A DNA stretch of 63,401 nucleotides, filler included, from Hausera hauseri (GCA_046269625.1; 9 parts of 9 records of this genome joined end to end with filler, not necessarily neighbours in it), one strand, 5' to 3'. Numbered from the whole stretch's first letter, positions 19,623 to 32,722 are shown. Numbers and translations are program-made. Notes: a model not told the origin generated them from the sequence alone.

Positions 19623-21450
19623 TGTTAATTCCGGAAGGTACAATCGATAAGTAGGAATGTAGGTTTAAAAGTTATTGCTTTATTAGAGGCCCTAACTCTA
19701 TTGCAAAGCACCGTAATCGAAAAACAATAACATAAAATGAACGTAAAAAACGATAGAATAAGACCTTATAAAGCCACAACGTTTATTTACATTAAAATCG
19801 CCATCTGCTGAGGAGTGCGACTCTTCCGTTGAGGAGAGAGATGGTCCGGGCCTGTAAAGTCGGCGAGGAGGGATTGGTTGGTCGTTCGTACTGGAGCTGG
19901 ACGTCCTCGTACGACGTGTTTGGGAGATTCGATGGCCCGGAATCAACTGACTGTCAAATGGAACCAGTAAATCGAAAAGCCGGTCTGTAGTCGCCATCAG
20001 TCTTATGAAGACTGGTGGGAAAACGGAGGAGTTGAATAATCGCCGGCTGCCTCCATCGGCGTAGAATTTTTGAAGATGCCCTGTTGGAAGGCAGTACTGA
20101 TCGTACTCCGGCAGTCTGCTTAGGTGCCGCACAAAACGGCTCCCCTGCAGCAACTCGCGCACTGTCTGACAGTCAGAATAAGAACGGCACGGAGCTTGAC
20201 AGTCTCAAATGCAACGTCGTTTCCTGGGAGCGTCAGCATTTTCCCGTCTCGATTTCGGATCGTTTTGTCCTCCGTGATGTGCATAGTCACTCACCAACGG
20301 CTGCTTGTATAGCTTACTGTGGGATGGCGGAACATTTTCTCTAGCTCGGACTGGTCGAGGTATCTTCGGGATTCGATACCCCGGAGTTGTTGCCTTGGAT
20401 TCTCCGGTGCCACGACCATCTTGTTGTGAGTTGTCGATAGTCTTGCCCATCCATACATGACTTGCTAATTTTTCCACACATGTTGCCTGAGCCACTTCCG
20501 GGCCTTTGTACCCCGAAGCCATATCTATGGTTTCATCCAAATCGACGGGAACGTGGGGTTGAGCGGGTTTCGCTCTCCGTTAAGTTTCCGTGGTACGAAT
20601 TAGCGCGGTCTCCCTTTCGTTTCTCCGGACTATCTGTTGACCGGGTTTTGCTGCGTATGCTTTGGTTCTCTGATCACTGGTGGCTGTAGTTTGGTCCATG
20701 GTTTTCATCGATTCGGACATTTGTAGTTTTTATTTCTTTTCTTGAATAACACTGGTTTTCCTTAAACTGTGGATTCAAACAAATGGATTTGAATCCACAG
20801 ATTTTGATTGTTAATTTTTATTTATTACAAGTGCTGGCCACTTCGGCACTTGTAACCCCGATATTTAATTTTTATACTTTGTATTTTTGTGTTGGCGTAT
20901 TCCTAAGGAAATTTGGATTTTCATGTTTAATTAGGATGAATTCGTGAAGTTAAATTGTATTGGGTTTAAGTAGGTAGTAATGGTTTTACAGAAGATATGA
21001 ATTCATGTGTATATTGTATTTTAAAACCTGAAATCTATGCAGTATGATAATATGCATTTTCTACTGATTAATTTTGAAAATATTGAACTGAAATTATGAC
21101 TTTGGCAATGTATTCTATCGAATTCTCACAATTTTTCTGTAATGTCGAAATTAAATAATATTGACGTTAAATCAATCAGTATTTGCTTAGCTTTCACGGT
21201 TATTTCTCTTTGAATTAGTGTAATGGATTAAGGTCGTTAAATATTCTGATCAACCTGTTGAAATTTAATCCTTCTAAAGTTACGCCATGCCTAGTGACTT
21301 AAAATGGATTTTGTTAATAATTATAGTTAACACATTAAGATTAACCATAATCAGTTTTTCTGTTTTGTGAAAGCTATATATTTCCGAAAGTGTGTTTTTG
21401 TAATTCATTAAATACAAAATTTAATATTTTTTGTAAGTTGGAACCTTACA
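19623..21450 (-). repeat. LTR-like repeat, copy A, containing a conserved unknown ORF
   Basis: Starts TGTAAGGTTCC, ends ...AACA, AATAAA near the 3' end; homologous to 21451-22774. Confidence 0.6.
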
Positions 21451-22774
21451 AGGGTATTTAGGCGTTTCTTCCTTACGGATCGACCTTCTAAACAAAACCG
21501 GGAGCCAATTTATTAAAGCAGTCGAATAAAACGACTGACATACGAAACATAAAAAGAACGAACAAATAAGATAAACACTTTTTATTCACATCGTCAACCG
21601 CATCCGCCGAGGCGTATAATTCATTCGTCGATGAGAGTGCCGGATCAGTTCGGAGATTTCGGCTTGTACAAGTCGGAGCGTCTTCCGAACTTAAATTCAA
21701 CTGTGCGGGTTTTTGTCGTGCCGGATATAAACGGCGTCTGCGACACAGGTTTGGTATATCGTCGGAGCTCGACATCCTTGCATGCCGCTGTTCAGTGATT
21801 CGCGGTACTGGAATCAACTGGCTGTCCGAGGGAGCCAGTTATTCGTAAAGGCGGTCGGCTGCCGCTAACAGTCTCAGAAAAACCGACGAGTCAAAGAGTC
21901 GTCGATTTTTCCCGCCGTCGTAGAACCGGTGGCGCGTTCCCGCAGGTAAGCAATAGGGATCGTCTCGTCTCAACCTGGAAAGGTGCCACACGAAACGGCT
22001 CCGTTTCAACGGCTCCCGTACCGTCAGGAAATCCGAATAGGACAGGTACGGGGCTCGATTGTCGGGGTCGCGGTGTCCGTGTCCGAGGGAGGTAGTGTCT
22101 CTCCGGGCTGCCTTCTGGACGTTTCGACCGGCAGGATGTAGCCCGCTGCTTGCCACCTGCTAGTCGGGTGATCCATTACTAGGTGCTTGTGTTTTGTCTC
22201 AAGCGTGGGCTAGTCGGGAAATCTTTGGAATTCGATATCCCGGATTGATACTGTTCTTTCCCTGGCGATTGTTTCACCGGTGCAGACCCCGTGCTTTATG
22301 ATCGGCTCGCCGGGTCTGGCCGTATGCGTGTTCACTCCATTTATGCTGCTAGCGATATAGATCTGTATGTTTTTCGCACCTTCTTTGGTGTTGGATTCAC
22401 CGTATTTTGATAACCTGGTTACGGTCATCTGGCCCTTTCCGACTGTATTCAACATTTCTGGCATGTTCTTCATTGTTCGCGTTTCCAGACTCTGTGTATA
22501 TATTTTTTGAATGAAATCAATTTTTCTTAAACTGTGGATTGAAACAAACGAGTTTAAGTCCACAGATTTTGCTTAATAATTTTTTGTTTGCTACAAGTGC
22601 TGGTTGCCTCAGCACTTGCGATTCGCATTTTCGCTTTTATTTTTTGTTATTTTGTATGTAAGAAAATTTGATTTTCGTATATTTTATTTGACCGAATCCG
22701 TGATGTTGAAGTATTATATTTAATCATTTATGTGTGATTTTAAACTTTATGTTATTGTAAGATGGAACCTTACA
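21451..22774 (-). repeat. LTR-like repeat, copy B (3' truncated), containing a conserved unknown ORF
   Basis: Starts TGTAAGGTTCC after a PPT-like TTAAAGTGGCCTGGATAC; same two hairpins and ORF as copy A. Confidence 0.6.
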
Positions 22775-23499
22775 GTATCCAGGCCACTTTAAGAGAAACT
22801 GTTTATCCTTATTATTGCCTTTTCTCCTGAGATTAGATTGAATCCNNNNNNNNNNNNNNNNNNNNNNNNNNNNNNNNNNNNNNNNNNNNTTAATTAATTA
22901 ANNNNNNNNNNNNNNNNNNNNNNNNNNNNNNNNNNNNNNNNNNNNTGGGTTCGTGTACCCTATATACATTGTTGGACCATTATATCTCAGAATATTTCGA
23001 ACAATTCCGTATTCTTTACGAATTAATCGGTATTGTATGGAGCATATTTCCTCTAGTCACGTTACAGAATGTCTGTAATAATTCGTGGGTTACTTCGCAT
23101 TTTACTGGAACTGTTTGATTACTTTTAGCGTCTATTATGCGTATTTTTATCCACTGATTATATTCTAATTCTAACCTGCTTGTTACTCAAATTCAACGTC
23201 TACCACTTGAATCCAATTGATCTTGCAATTATTCGATTATTATCACATCTAGCTGCGTCTCATTCATTCTATGTCAGTTAGATTTGTATATAAATTTCAC
23301 TCTTTGTATGCTGGCTTCGTTAATACCCGCCTTGCTTTTTAATTAATATATAATATCTTCCATGTGTTCCCGAATCTTCAACTAAGCATTCGGTTTGTTT
23401 TCCGATGATTTAATATGCAACCATAGTTTCGTTCGTTAGGATTTCTTATGTCCCCTTCCCGTGAATTACGTGGATTGCCACCATATATTGGATTGACAC

Positions 23500-26400
23500 T
23501 TAAATTATGACATAGAAATTTACGCATCTCTTGCATTTACTGGAGTATTTTATTCGATATTGTATTTTATTCAATAGTAAATCTTCAGATATCACTGTTG
23601 GATATTGTATTTTTGTACGATTTCTTGTTCTGTCATCTGTTATAATACATGGCATTAGCATGAGAATTAGAAACGAGAAACATTTGTTCATTTCGAATTT
23701 TTTATGAACTGGTTTTTCATCCATTATTTTCACACTAACGGCTCTGACAAATTCATATTCACCTTTGAGTTTGCTTTTTTTAACAGCTGGTTTGCATATA
23801 TTCACATGGATTTTGAGTATAGAATTATTTTTACGACAGATGTTAGGTAAATCTACCTTTTCTACTTCATACGGTCCTTTATAAGGCATATCTAACTTAG
23901 ACGTTTTACCGTTTTTAATTGCCGTTGAATACAGCATTACTTGGTCACCTATACTAATTTTTGGCTGTTTGGTCTTTTGGTCGTAATACTTTTTACATCT
24001 TACTTTATAATCTTTCTGATTTTCACCAATCATTTTATATGCTAACTGTAGGTGTTCCTGCATTAACTGCTTATAATCTTCTACTTCCATTAGGTGTGAA
24101 ATGAGTTTCACATTAAAATCTAGATCGATTGGTAATCTTGCGTCCCGTAGATACATTAAATAAAAGGGTATCTCTTTAGTAGCTTCATGAACCGATGTCC
24201 GATTTACGAAAACACATGCATTGATATATTCGTCCCAGTTGTCTTGTCTAGTATTTACTGCCATTTGTAATTTGCCTTTTAAATCTCCAATGTACCTCTC
24301 GACCATTCCATTATTCTCCGTGTTTCGTGGCGTGGATGGTAGTTTTAATATCTTCAGAATGTCGTACATGGATTGCATTACCGTTCCGGTTAAATTTGAC
24401 GCTTGGTAAGTTAAGAAGTTTCTTGGGGCTCCATAATTAAATATTATATTCTTTACGAATTTTTTAGCGATTGTGTCCGCCTTCATATCCGCCATTGGTA
24501 GGGCAACAACCCATCTGGTGAAATTGTCAGCGAAAACTAAAATAAATCTGTCTTCATTTTGTGTCAGCGGTAATGACCACGTTATATCCATTGCGGTAAA
24601 CTCGAATGGCGCTGGGGGGTTGTCCCATACTTTTAGTGGTGCTTTGAATTTTGATCCCGTGTTTTTTCGGGTAGCACAAAGTTTACAACTATCGCACCAT
24701 TCCTGTACATTTTTCATTATCGTTGGCCAGAAGTATTTCCGTTTTAATTTATTAAGAGTCTTACTGGCTGATTGGTGACCACCTAGCAGTTTATCGTGAT
24801 ATTGAGTCAATAAAACTGCTCTATTTTCTTGGGAATTACTAAGGCAGGTCCGTTTTGATGAATAAAGTATAAAAATCCTTCTTTTTCTTCGTAAGCTTCA
24901 CTGAATCGGGCCAGGTGGCGGATTAACTCTCTGTCAGCTGGTATGGCTTTGTCTTTTATATATTTCTTAATGGCCCTTATTTCAGCATCCTCATTTTGGT
25001 TTACCTTAATTCTTTCTACGGACCCATCCATACTCCATACAGCTGCAACGACAGCTTTTTCTGTTTCTGATTTATGGGGTATTCTATATAAATAATCCGC
25101 GTTTGCGTTTCGCGATCCGGGTTTATATTGGAAATTCAGTGTAAAAGGCTGTAACTTTAGAGCCCATCGTAGGAGTCTGCTATTTGGATTCTCATGCTGC
25201 TTTAGCCATTGAAGTGGTCGGTGATCGGTGTAAATTAAGAGAGGTTTATTCTCACTGATATACAACGAAAATATTTCTAGGGCAAATATTACTGCTAATA
25301 GTTCTTTCTCTATCACCGCGTACTTCCTCTGGTGTTTATTGAGTTTTCGTGAAGCGTAAGCTACTGGATGTTCCTTACCGTCTTCACCTTTTTGTGACAA
25401 CACTGCTCCTACTCCGTAATCATTTGCGTCCGTTGCTAAGATAAATGGTTTGGTCATGTCAGGATAGATTAGTACAGAAGCAGTTAACAGTCTATCTTTT
25501 AAATATTCAAAAGCTTGTTGGCATTCGTTCGTCCAAATAACCTTGTCTAGTTCTTCACGTAATAGTTTATATAGAGGTTTCGAAAGTTTGCTAAAATCCT
25601 TTATAAATCTTCGATAATAGTTTGCCAAACCTAAGAATTGACGTAATTCTTTAACCGTACCTGGCTTCGGAAAGTCTCTTATTTTTCCTAAAAGCTTGTC
25701 TTGCAGTTTCACACCATATCTATCTACTCTATGTCCGAGGAAATCTACTTCCGTTTGAGCAAATGAACATTTCTTTGGGTTTATTTTTAGGTCCCTTATT
25801 TCACATCTATCGAAGAGATCCTGTAGATCCCTTATATGTTATTGAAAATTTGGTGATGCTATTATTACGTCATCAATATATACAATGGCATGTGGGGCGT
25901 CTAATAGCAGGAGTTTTGTCCCTCTCTGGAATGTTAGCGGTCTATTTTTTAACCCAAATGGCATCCTATTAAACTCCCATAGCCCTTCTCCGATTAAGAA
26001 CGCTGTCTTTGATTTGTCTTCTTCTTTCACCTCTACTTGCCAATAACCCTTTTGCAAATCAATCGTTGAGAATATTGTTAATCAATGTAGTCTATCTAAT
26101 ATTTCGTCAATCTTTGGTAACGGGTGTGTATCCGTCTCCGTTATTTTGTTTAACGCTCTACAGTCCATACAAAATCTCATATTTCCGTCCTTTTTTGACC
26201 ATCACCATTGGCGCTGTCCATGGGGAACAACTTTGTCAAATTATCTCGTTTTCTCTCATTTTTTTATTATTTTGCATGCTTCCTGTTTTTTATCGTATGC
26301 TAATCGATATGGTCTTTTCTTTTTCGGTTTATCTTATCCATCCTTTAACTTAATGGCAAGTTGTATTATATTCATTGTGCCTATATAGTAATCATTTTGT

Positions 26401-27044
26401 GCAAATCGATTGTTATTCTTCTCCAGCAATCCGATTAGCATCTTCTTCTCTTCCTTACTTAAGATTTTGCATTTCTGTAACCTCTCATTCTAATTGATAT
26501 TCGTGGTTTTATTTCTTCCTTTGTCGCCGTTTGATTCCCTTTCCAGTTTTTCTATCACTATCTTTTCTATTTTATCTACGTCTGAAATTATTGAGCAGAT
26601 TTCTTCTTTTATTATTTCTTCAGTGGTTGTTACTTTCCCAGTCTAGTATCCTTTCGTAATCGTTTTTCTTTCTTTATCGTATTACAAATTCGTAAGTGGA
26701 CTTTTCCATCTCTTACTTTGTCTACGTGAGGGGCGATTAGAACTTCATATTTTTCCATAACCTGTAGGAATGGTTTAAAATATATAACCACCGTACTTTC
26801 TATTTTTCCAGGAACCACTATCTCGGATCGTGGTGGAATCGTGATATCTTTTGTTAGAGAAACTGTTCCGTCGCTACTATCTTCATTGAACGTCTTAAGT
26901 TGGCATGTTTTCACATCTATATAAACATTTTCCAATTTATTTAGTATATCACATCCGATTAAAATTTCACTAGTCAAATTATCTGCTATCCTTATAGTAT
27001 GTTTCAAAATTTGTTTGCCTATCTTAACTTTGTCGTCTAAGACC
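23500..27044 (-). mobile_element. Ty3/Gypsy pol (PR end, RT, RNase H, integrase), frameshifted
   Basis: GYWQV..KTAF..MPFGL, YIDD, TDA..YGVGAVL, EKELLA, TDHRPL, H..GH..C..C and NGMVER. RT-RH-IN order. Confidence 0.92.
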
Positions 27045-27199
27045 NNNNNNNNNNNNNNNNNNNNNNNNNNNNNNNNNNNNNNNNNNNNTTAATTAATTAA
27101 NNNNNNNNNNNNNNNNNNNNNNNNNNNNNNNNNNNNNNNNNNNNATGGTGATGATGATGATGATGATGATGAAGTTGATAATTATAAAGTTGATGATGT

Positions 27200-28187
27200 T
27201 TATAAATTATGAAATGTGTCTTGGCTCTAAACAGGAATTTAATGGGTTTCGAATATTCGTCTACTATATGCACGGAAATACTGTGAACAACATTGTAAGA
27301 CAATGATAAATACATGGGCCTGATGATCTTTACATGAGCCGTTTCGCCCGGTGTTTTGTACATATCTAAATCCAGTCAAATGGAATCCAACAGTTGTTTA
27401 CGGTTTCAGCCAACGTATACAGGTTGGGTTAGATCCATTAATATATTTATTCGACGAAATGCTTCGTAGAGGCGTGGTTTGTGTTTAGCCACAATGGGCA
27501 GCGCCGCCGGTTTTTTCAAATTTTCGTTTCTTAAAATGCAGATTCCGTGCCAATAGTTTATCAAAGGCACAATATGTAACATTTTCATGTAGTTTAAACA
27601 AAATACGACCATCATAGTTTACTTCAAATGTCTTGAGAGCCAATTTAGCTACAACCTTGATGGTTGCGCACAATTCTGTTTTTATTTCTGTAAGAAAGCC
27701 AGTTCCTGTTGCATGAGAATAAAAGAATGATTCAGTCTTTTTCCAGTTAAGTGTATTATTGGTAATTTTCATGGTGTTTAATTTTTCACTAATCATACTA
27801 TGTCCACCGAGCTGTAGACCTTACGAGCGCACATTGACACATTGAAAACCCCATGCCTGAGCGTCGACTAGTGATTATAATTCAATTCAATTGGATATTT
27901 GTGTTTTCGCACCAATCTATTTTTAATTGAAAAATATAAACCGGGAAATATTTCCGCTTGTAATTGTAAACGTGAAATATTCCATTAGAGTCTCGGACTA
28001 ACTGTAAACGACTAGATGCAGGAGATTGTCTTAGTATAGTATAGTATATTCTACTGTTCTTACGTATTGTTAGTGGTGCAAATGTAAATGTGAATTTCGC
28101 CAAAGCCAGTTTTAGGCGCTCTGTCATAAGTCGAGCGGCTGGTCAAACGCCATGGTAAGCCGTTTAGCGGTATTGTTGTTGCTGTCA
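27200..28187 (-). pseudogene. Polinton minor capsid (penton)-like remnant
   Basis: INILMDLTQPVYVG and PMYLSL...ISVHIVDEYSKPIKF resemble Maverick minor-capsid motifs; fragmented. Confidence 0.5.
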
Positions 28188-28230
28188 TGTTCTGATAATT
28201 TGTTGCTATCAATCGACAAATAAATGATCA

Positions 28231-29267
28231 TTACTCAATCCGCGATGCAAATATCCAAATCAGTGTAATGTATCCGTGCCACTCGACGAGATATTGTTTA
28301 TTTGAACTGTTGTCACGTGAACGTGGAATTTCCGCAATATGATATACATCAGATTTTTCCGGTAGTACTTGCAGTTCCTGTTCGTAAAATTTGCCACGTA
28401 TTTCGTCACAATTTTCATCTTCTGAAACATACATAACAGGTGTTTGTTTTTTGCTGATTGATGAAATTCTAAAAACCTCATCGCTCCAGTTTTGACTGAA
28501 ACTCTTAATAAATGGTGTCGTACTGAGCTTTGAAATACATATATAATCACGGACTTTATGCATGGGATGTTTAACTGGTCGTCGTTGTGTTCGATTTTGG
28601 TAAAGCCACATGTCCAAATCATCGATTACATCCACCGGCCGTAATCCATTGATGTCACAATGTGTCAAATGATTGTATGCATGAATAATATCCTGCAGTA
28701 CATCTACGCAGCGTTTGTTGCCTTGCTTCGTAAAGAATTCGTTTAGGAGACCGCGCCATGTTCGATTAAATCTGTTCAACGAATTCAGCCTTGTAATGGA
28801 AAAAACCAAGTAGTGGTTTACGCCAAACCGTTTTAAGACCGCTGCAACGTAGAAATTGCAGAATTCCTTACTCAAATTCGTTTATAAATGCTTCAGTGGA
28901 TGTTGTTGATGTTGCATTCGTGTCTGAACAGCGTCGACAGTTTTTTTTACCGGATTTAGATTTCACGGCAATTTCACGTGCGAAATAAGTAAACAAATAA
29001 ATGCATGTCAACATGTACCGATACCCATCGTTGATGCTGGCGTACGGAATCATCTTTATTAGATTCATTTGCCATACGTTATTTACACCTGAAGCACGGT
29101 TTGCACGAGTTGGAAACCGCCTTCTTATCGATTTGTTTAGGCTGCATGCTAACTGTTTCCCGAGCCAACGTTGAGTCTATTGTCGAGTCTGTTTGACAGT
29201 CTTTTCAAGTTTGTCGACGCAAGTATACCCAACAGGATGACGTTGGTTGAACCACACGTCGTCCATC
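28231..29267 (-). pseudogene. Polinton retroviral-like integrase with C-terminal chromodomain
   Basis: NDGYRYMLTCI, NRFNRT, NWSDEVFRI, GKFYEQELQ and KQYLVEWHGY. Confidence 0.88.
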
Positions 29268-29410
29268 TTTGTCGTCGATGATGTCGTTTTTGTTGCATTG
29301 CAGCAACTTAAACAAAAACGTTAATGAAAGATTCAGTAAACTGGGATAAAATGATGAAATCCATGCACCCATATCGCTATATCATCATATACGTATCATC
29401 ATTCTTTATA

Positions 29411-29730
29411 CTAAACTGTTCTATCAATGAGTCCACCCAGTAATGACGTGACAATCGGTAGAATTGCATTAAAGAATCCGCCACCTTGCTGATACATGAC
29501 CTGCCGTTTCAGTCGTTTACTATGAGCGCTGGCAAGACCAATGAGTCGTTTTCGATATTTTAGTAAATTCCGCTTTCCACTACCAATGTCAACGTGACCC
29601 ACAACGATATTGTACAAAATTTCCATCAAATCGTCCATACAAATTGCGGGAATGACTGCAGCATGTTTCGCTTATGTTTCTTTGGTGCCTTGAGTAAAGC
29701 AATAAAGTACGGCTGTCTATGTTTGAATCG
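29411..29730 (-). CDS. Polinton small basic protein with QQGG|GF cleavage motif and amphipathic tail; 5' part disrupted
   Basis: KRLKRQVMYQQGGGFFNAILPIVTSLLGGLI, typical of the small Maverick core or membrane-lytic ORF. Confidence 0.6.
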
Positions 29731-29962
29731 CATTTTCTGGACGTATTGATGCTGAGACATAGTTGTTTATAACTGTTTCTGCTGTGACGGTAGTTTGAGT
29801 CTGGTTGCTGCTGCTGTTGTTCGAAGCACAGAATTGGTTAATCCCTTGACAGTAGTGGTTCGTTTTGATACACGTTTCTTGCCGGTCATCCGCTTGGTAG
29901 GTTTACGTTTACCAATTGTTTTCCGGAAATTCTTCATTTTATCACAATCATGTTGTCGATTT

Positions 29963-30591
29963 TCAAATTAGTTTATAGACATGTACACCTTTCTTATTGA
30001 ACATATCTGTTTGCACAGGCATATCATCGTGAAACTGTTGTGTAAGGTCAACAAACAAATATCCATGCGGTTTGTTCGTAGCATCATGATGTGCATCTAT
30101 CAAGTAGGCTCGGTTGTGAGGAAATGTTTGTCGTGCAACATAATCAATGATAGTCTGATCACAGGGATTTTTTAACAACGCCAAATAGTGTACGCTTAGA
30201 CTTCTTGTTCGATGCTGTCCTCCCTGATGGAACATGTTTTGCGTAATGACAATAATGGTCACGCACACGGTGCCGTGCAATCTTCATGAATAGGTTGTTG
30301 AAGTCAGATTGTTTCGTTGCCTCTTAAAATAAATCGTCAATGACAATAACGTCACCGTTGCGTAATCCCTTTGACCAATTCTTATCAAACCCCTCAATTA
30401 CCGTTATCGATTTCAGTTTACAAAATTCCCGACGTGTCAAACCGGACTCACCATCGTCACAACACCTTGATACCAGTATATGTGATTGTACCGCGGTTAA
30501 TGGAACATGTCACGGTAGTTCTGCAATAGTGCTTCTTGCCACTTCCACTGGGACTTAGAGTTTGGAGAATTGCATCATTCTGAAATTTCAT
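29963..30591 (-). pseudogene. Polinton genome-packaging ATPase (FtsK/A32-like)
   Basis: Walker A SPSGSGK near 30540, Walker B VIVIDDL near 30340, IIVITQNMF..RT.SL..HY...KNP.D and HGYLFVDL. Confidence 0.85.
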
Positions 30592-30690
30592 CTAAATAAC
30601 AATAATACAAACTTTCCTCATATGATTTGTTTATAATCGTGGTACACACACATATATATAAATAGCTATAATATAAACACTCTTTTTATA

Positions 30691-31111
30691 ATGTTAGCTA
30701 ATATAAACTATTGCGGACATGTTACCGTTTAATCAATGGATGCCGAGATAGTATGTTCTCAAGTGTCCACCGGATTTTAAATGCATCACATTTCAATAGG
30801 GAAAGTGTCGTATTATGGGTTGTCGCAAACTAATCACAGCTGAATATAACAATAAACTACTGCCTTTCGGAATTGTCATTGACAAAATCCAATCAATAAC
30901 GGTATCGACTCAGTTAGACTGTCCATCAATCAATCTGTACAAATTAGCAATGGCCACTGAATGTACGTATGAACTTGAACTGTTTCCTGCACTGGGACTG
31001 ATACTGTTTTGCCCACTTTGTGTCAATGTGTTTAGCAGTGGAAGAATTGTTATACTCGGTATTCGGCAGTGGACTATGAACCGATTATTAATCAAATTAA
31101 AAACCACATAA
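30691..31111 (+). pseudogene. TATA-binding-protein (TBP)-like gene
   Basis: ..F.*GKCRIMG (repeat 1) and IQSITVS..L..INLYKL..YELELFPAL..VNVFSSGRIVILG (repeat 2), compared with TBP YEPELFPGL..IF.SGK.V..G. Confidence 0.7.
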
Positions 31112-32011
31112 ATGTTTTATTGATTCAAAATAATGTACTCTGCGCAACAACAATAAACCATAAATACCATTTCCATGCTCATTCAAATATTACTGCCATG
31201 GAGGACGACGAAAAAATGATTCTACTTAATGATGATGATGGTGGTTGTGAGAATGATGAAAGTTCAGATTGGTCCTGGTTGTTTGGCTATAAAAAGGCCA
31301 ATTCTAATGTCAAATTTCTGGAAACGAAAACAGAACCTGTCCAACGATTAGAAAAACCTTGTAATGGCGATTGCCTACAGGGTGATTATTATGTCAATTG
31401 TCTGGAAACGAAAAAGGAACTTGCTCAGAAATCATCATCAGAAAAAACCGACGTTAAAAATAGCAAAATGCAATTATTGGAATACGTAGACAAAAATCAA
31501 AACCGTGGCTGCAAACATTGACATTTTTACCGAAAAGAATTTTTCGAAGGTATGAAATGCATTTTTTGCAAACGCCTGTACTGATTTCATTGAATGATCC
31601 AGCGTCTCGATGCGCACCCAAGTACAGCTGTCGTGTAGAACAGCTTTCGGGTGAAAATTTGGATAAACTTTCTGATGTCTGCATCAATTAAACGTGGATT
31701 TAAAGTAGAATGAAACGACCGTGCAACAGGAATCTGTCGATTTACCGGACCAGAAAACGAAATTGTTTGATTTTATCGGTCGGGAAATTTCAAATGTACC
31801 TAATGATGATTTAAAGTGTCGACTGAATATTGAATTGCAAGAATACAAGGAAAAAAACGATATAAAAAGCCCGATTTGGCGTGTATACTGAAGCACATTT
31901 TAATTATCAATAAATTTTGTTGTTTTGTTTTACCGTTCTTCTTCTTTAATTAACCCAATTATCGAATATAAATATACGTGTAATTTTAATATTGGTGTAG
32001 GAATAATGATA

Positions 32012-32657
32012 ATGAATAATGTAAAGATTATCTTAACAGACAAAAATGCCTTTATACCGAGACGTGTAACAGCAAACAGTGCCGGCTACGATGTGTTTTC
32101 CAATGTCAATATGAAAATTCCGGACAGCACAATCAAATGCATAAGGACTGGGATTCGATTTTTCGAATCCACCCGGTTACTACGCCAACTTTTATCGAAA
32201 AGCGGACTGGCAAAGCTCGGACTGTCGGTTGTGGGCGGCGGTGGTGTCACTGATTCAGACTTTTGTGGTGAAATTAAGGTAAAATAGGATTCTTTTGGAG
32301 CAACATATTAAGTTATAACCTTTATATACATGTATTTTTGAGTACTATGATGTTGCAGAATTTGTTTAACGTTCTTTATGTAACGTTACATAATGAACGT
32401 TAAACAAATTCTGCAACATTATTGTCCTCAAAAAGACATGTATATGAAATTAAGGTGTTGCTATAAAACCAATCCTGGAAACCGTATGCTTTTTTGAAAG
32501 GCAGTGCAATCACACAAATCATTTTTCTTCGCTGTGAAGAGGCGGAATTCAGTCTAATGTCACCGAAACAATGGGAACTGTTTTGCGTCAATGAATCGGC
32601 ACGAAATGAACGCAAACAATTTAACTTTGGTGACATGGGCAAAACCACCTATGTTTA
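32012..32657 (+). pseudogene. dUTPase interrupted by a palindromic insert
   Basis: SAGYDV, RTGI, KSGLA and VTDSDFCGEIKV before the insert; EIKVLL*N...GSAITQIIF and R..FNFG after it. Confidence 0.85.
32324..32445. repeat. 122-bp loopless palindrome (foldback/MITE-like)
   Basis: 61-bp arms with 5 mismatches by manual comparison, centred on TATGTAAC|GTTACATA. Confidence 0.9.
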
Positions 32658-32722
32658 GTTATTGTGATGATGAGAGTAATAATACTTAGTTGTTTTGCTT
32701 GTGATTTTGAACATGATAAGTA

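Noticed and set aside
27145-27172. Poly-His tail on ORF 27097-27363
   Set aside because: A (GAT)n microsatellite at the contig edge.
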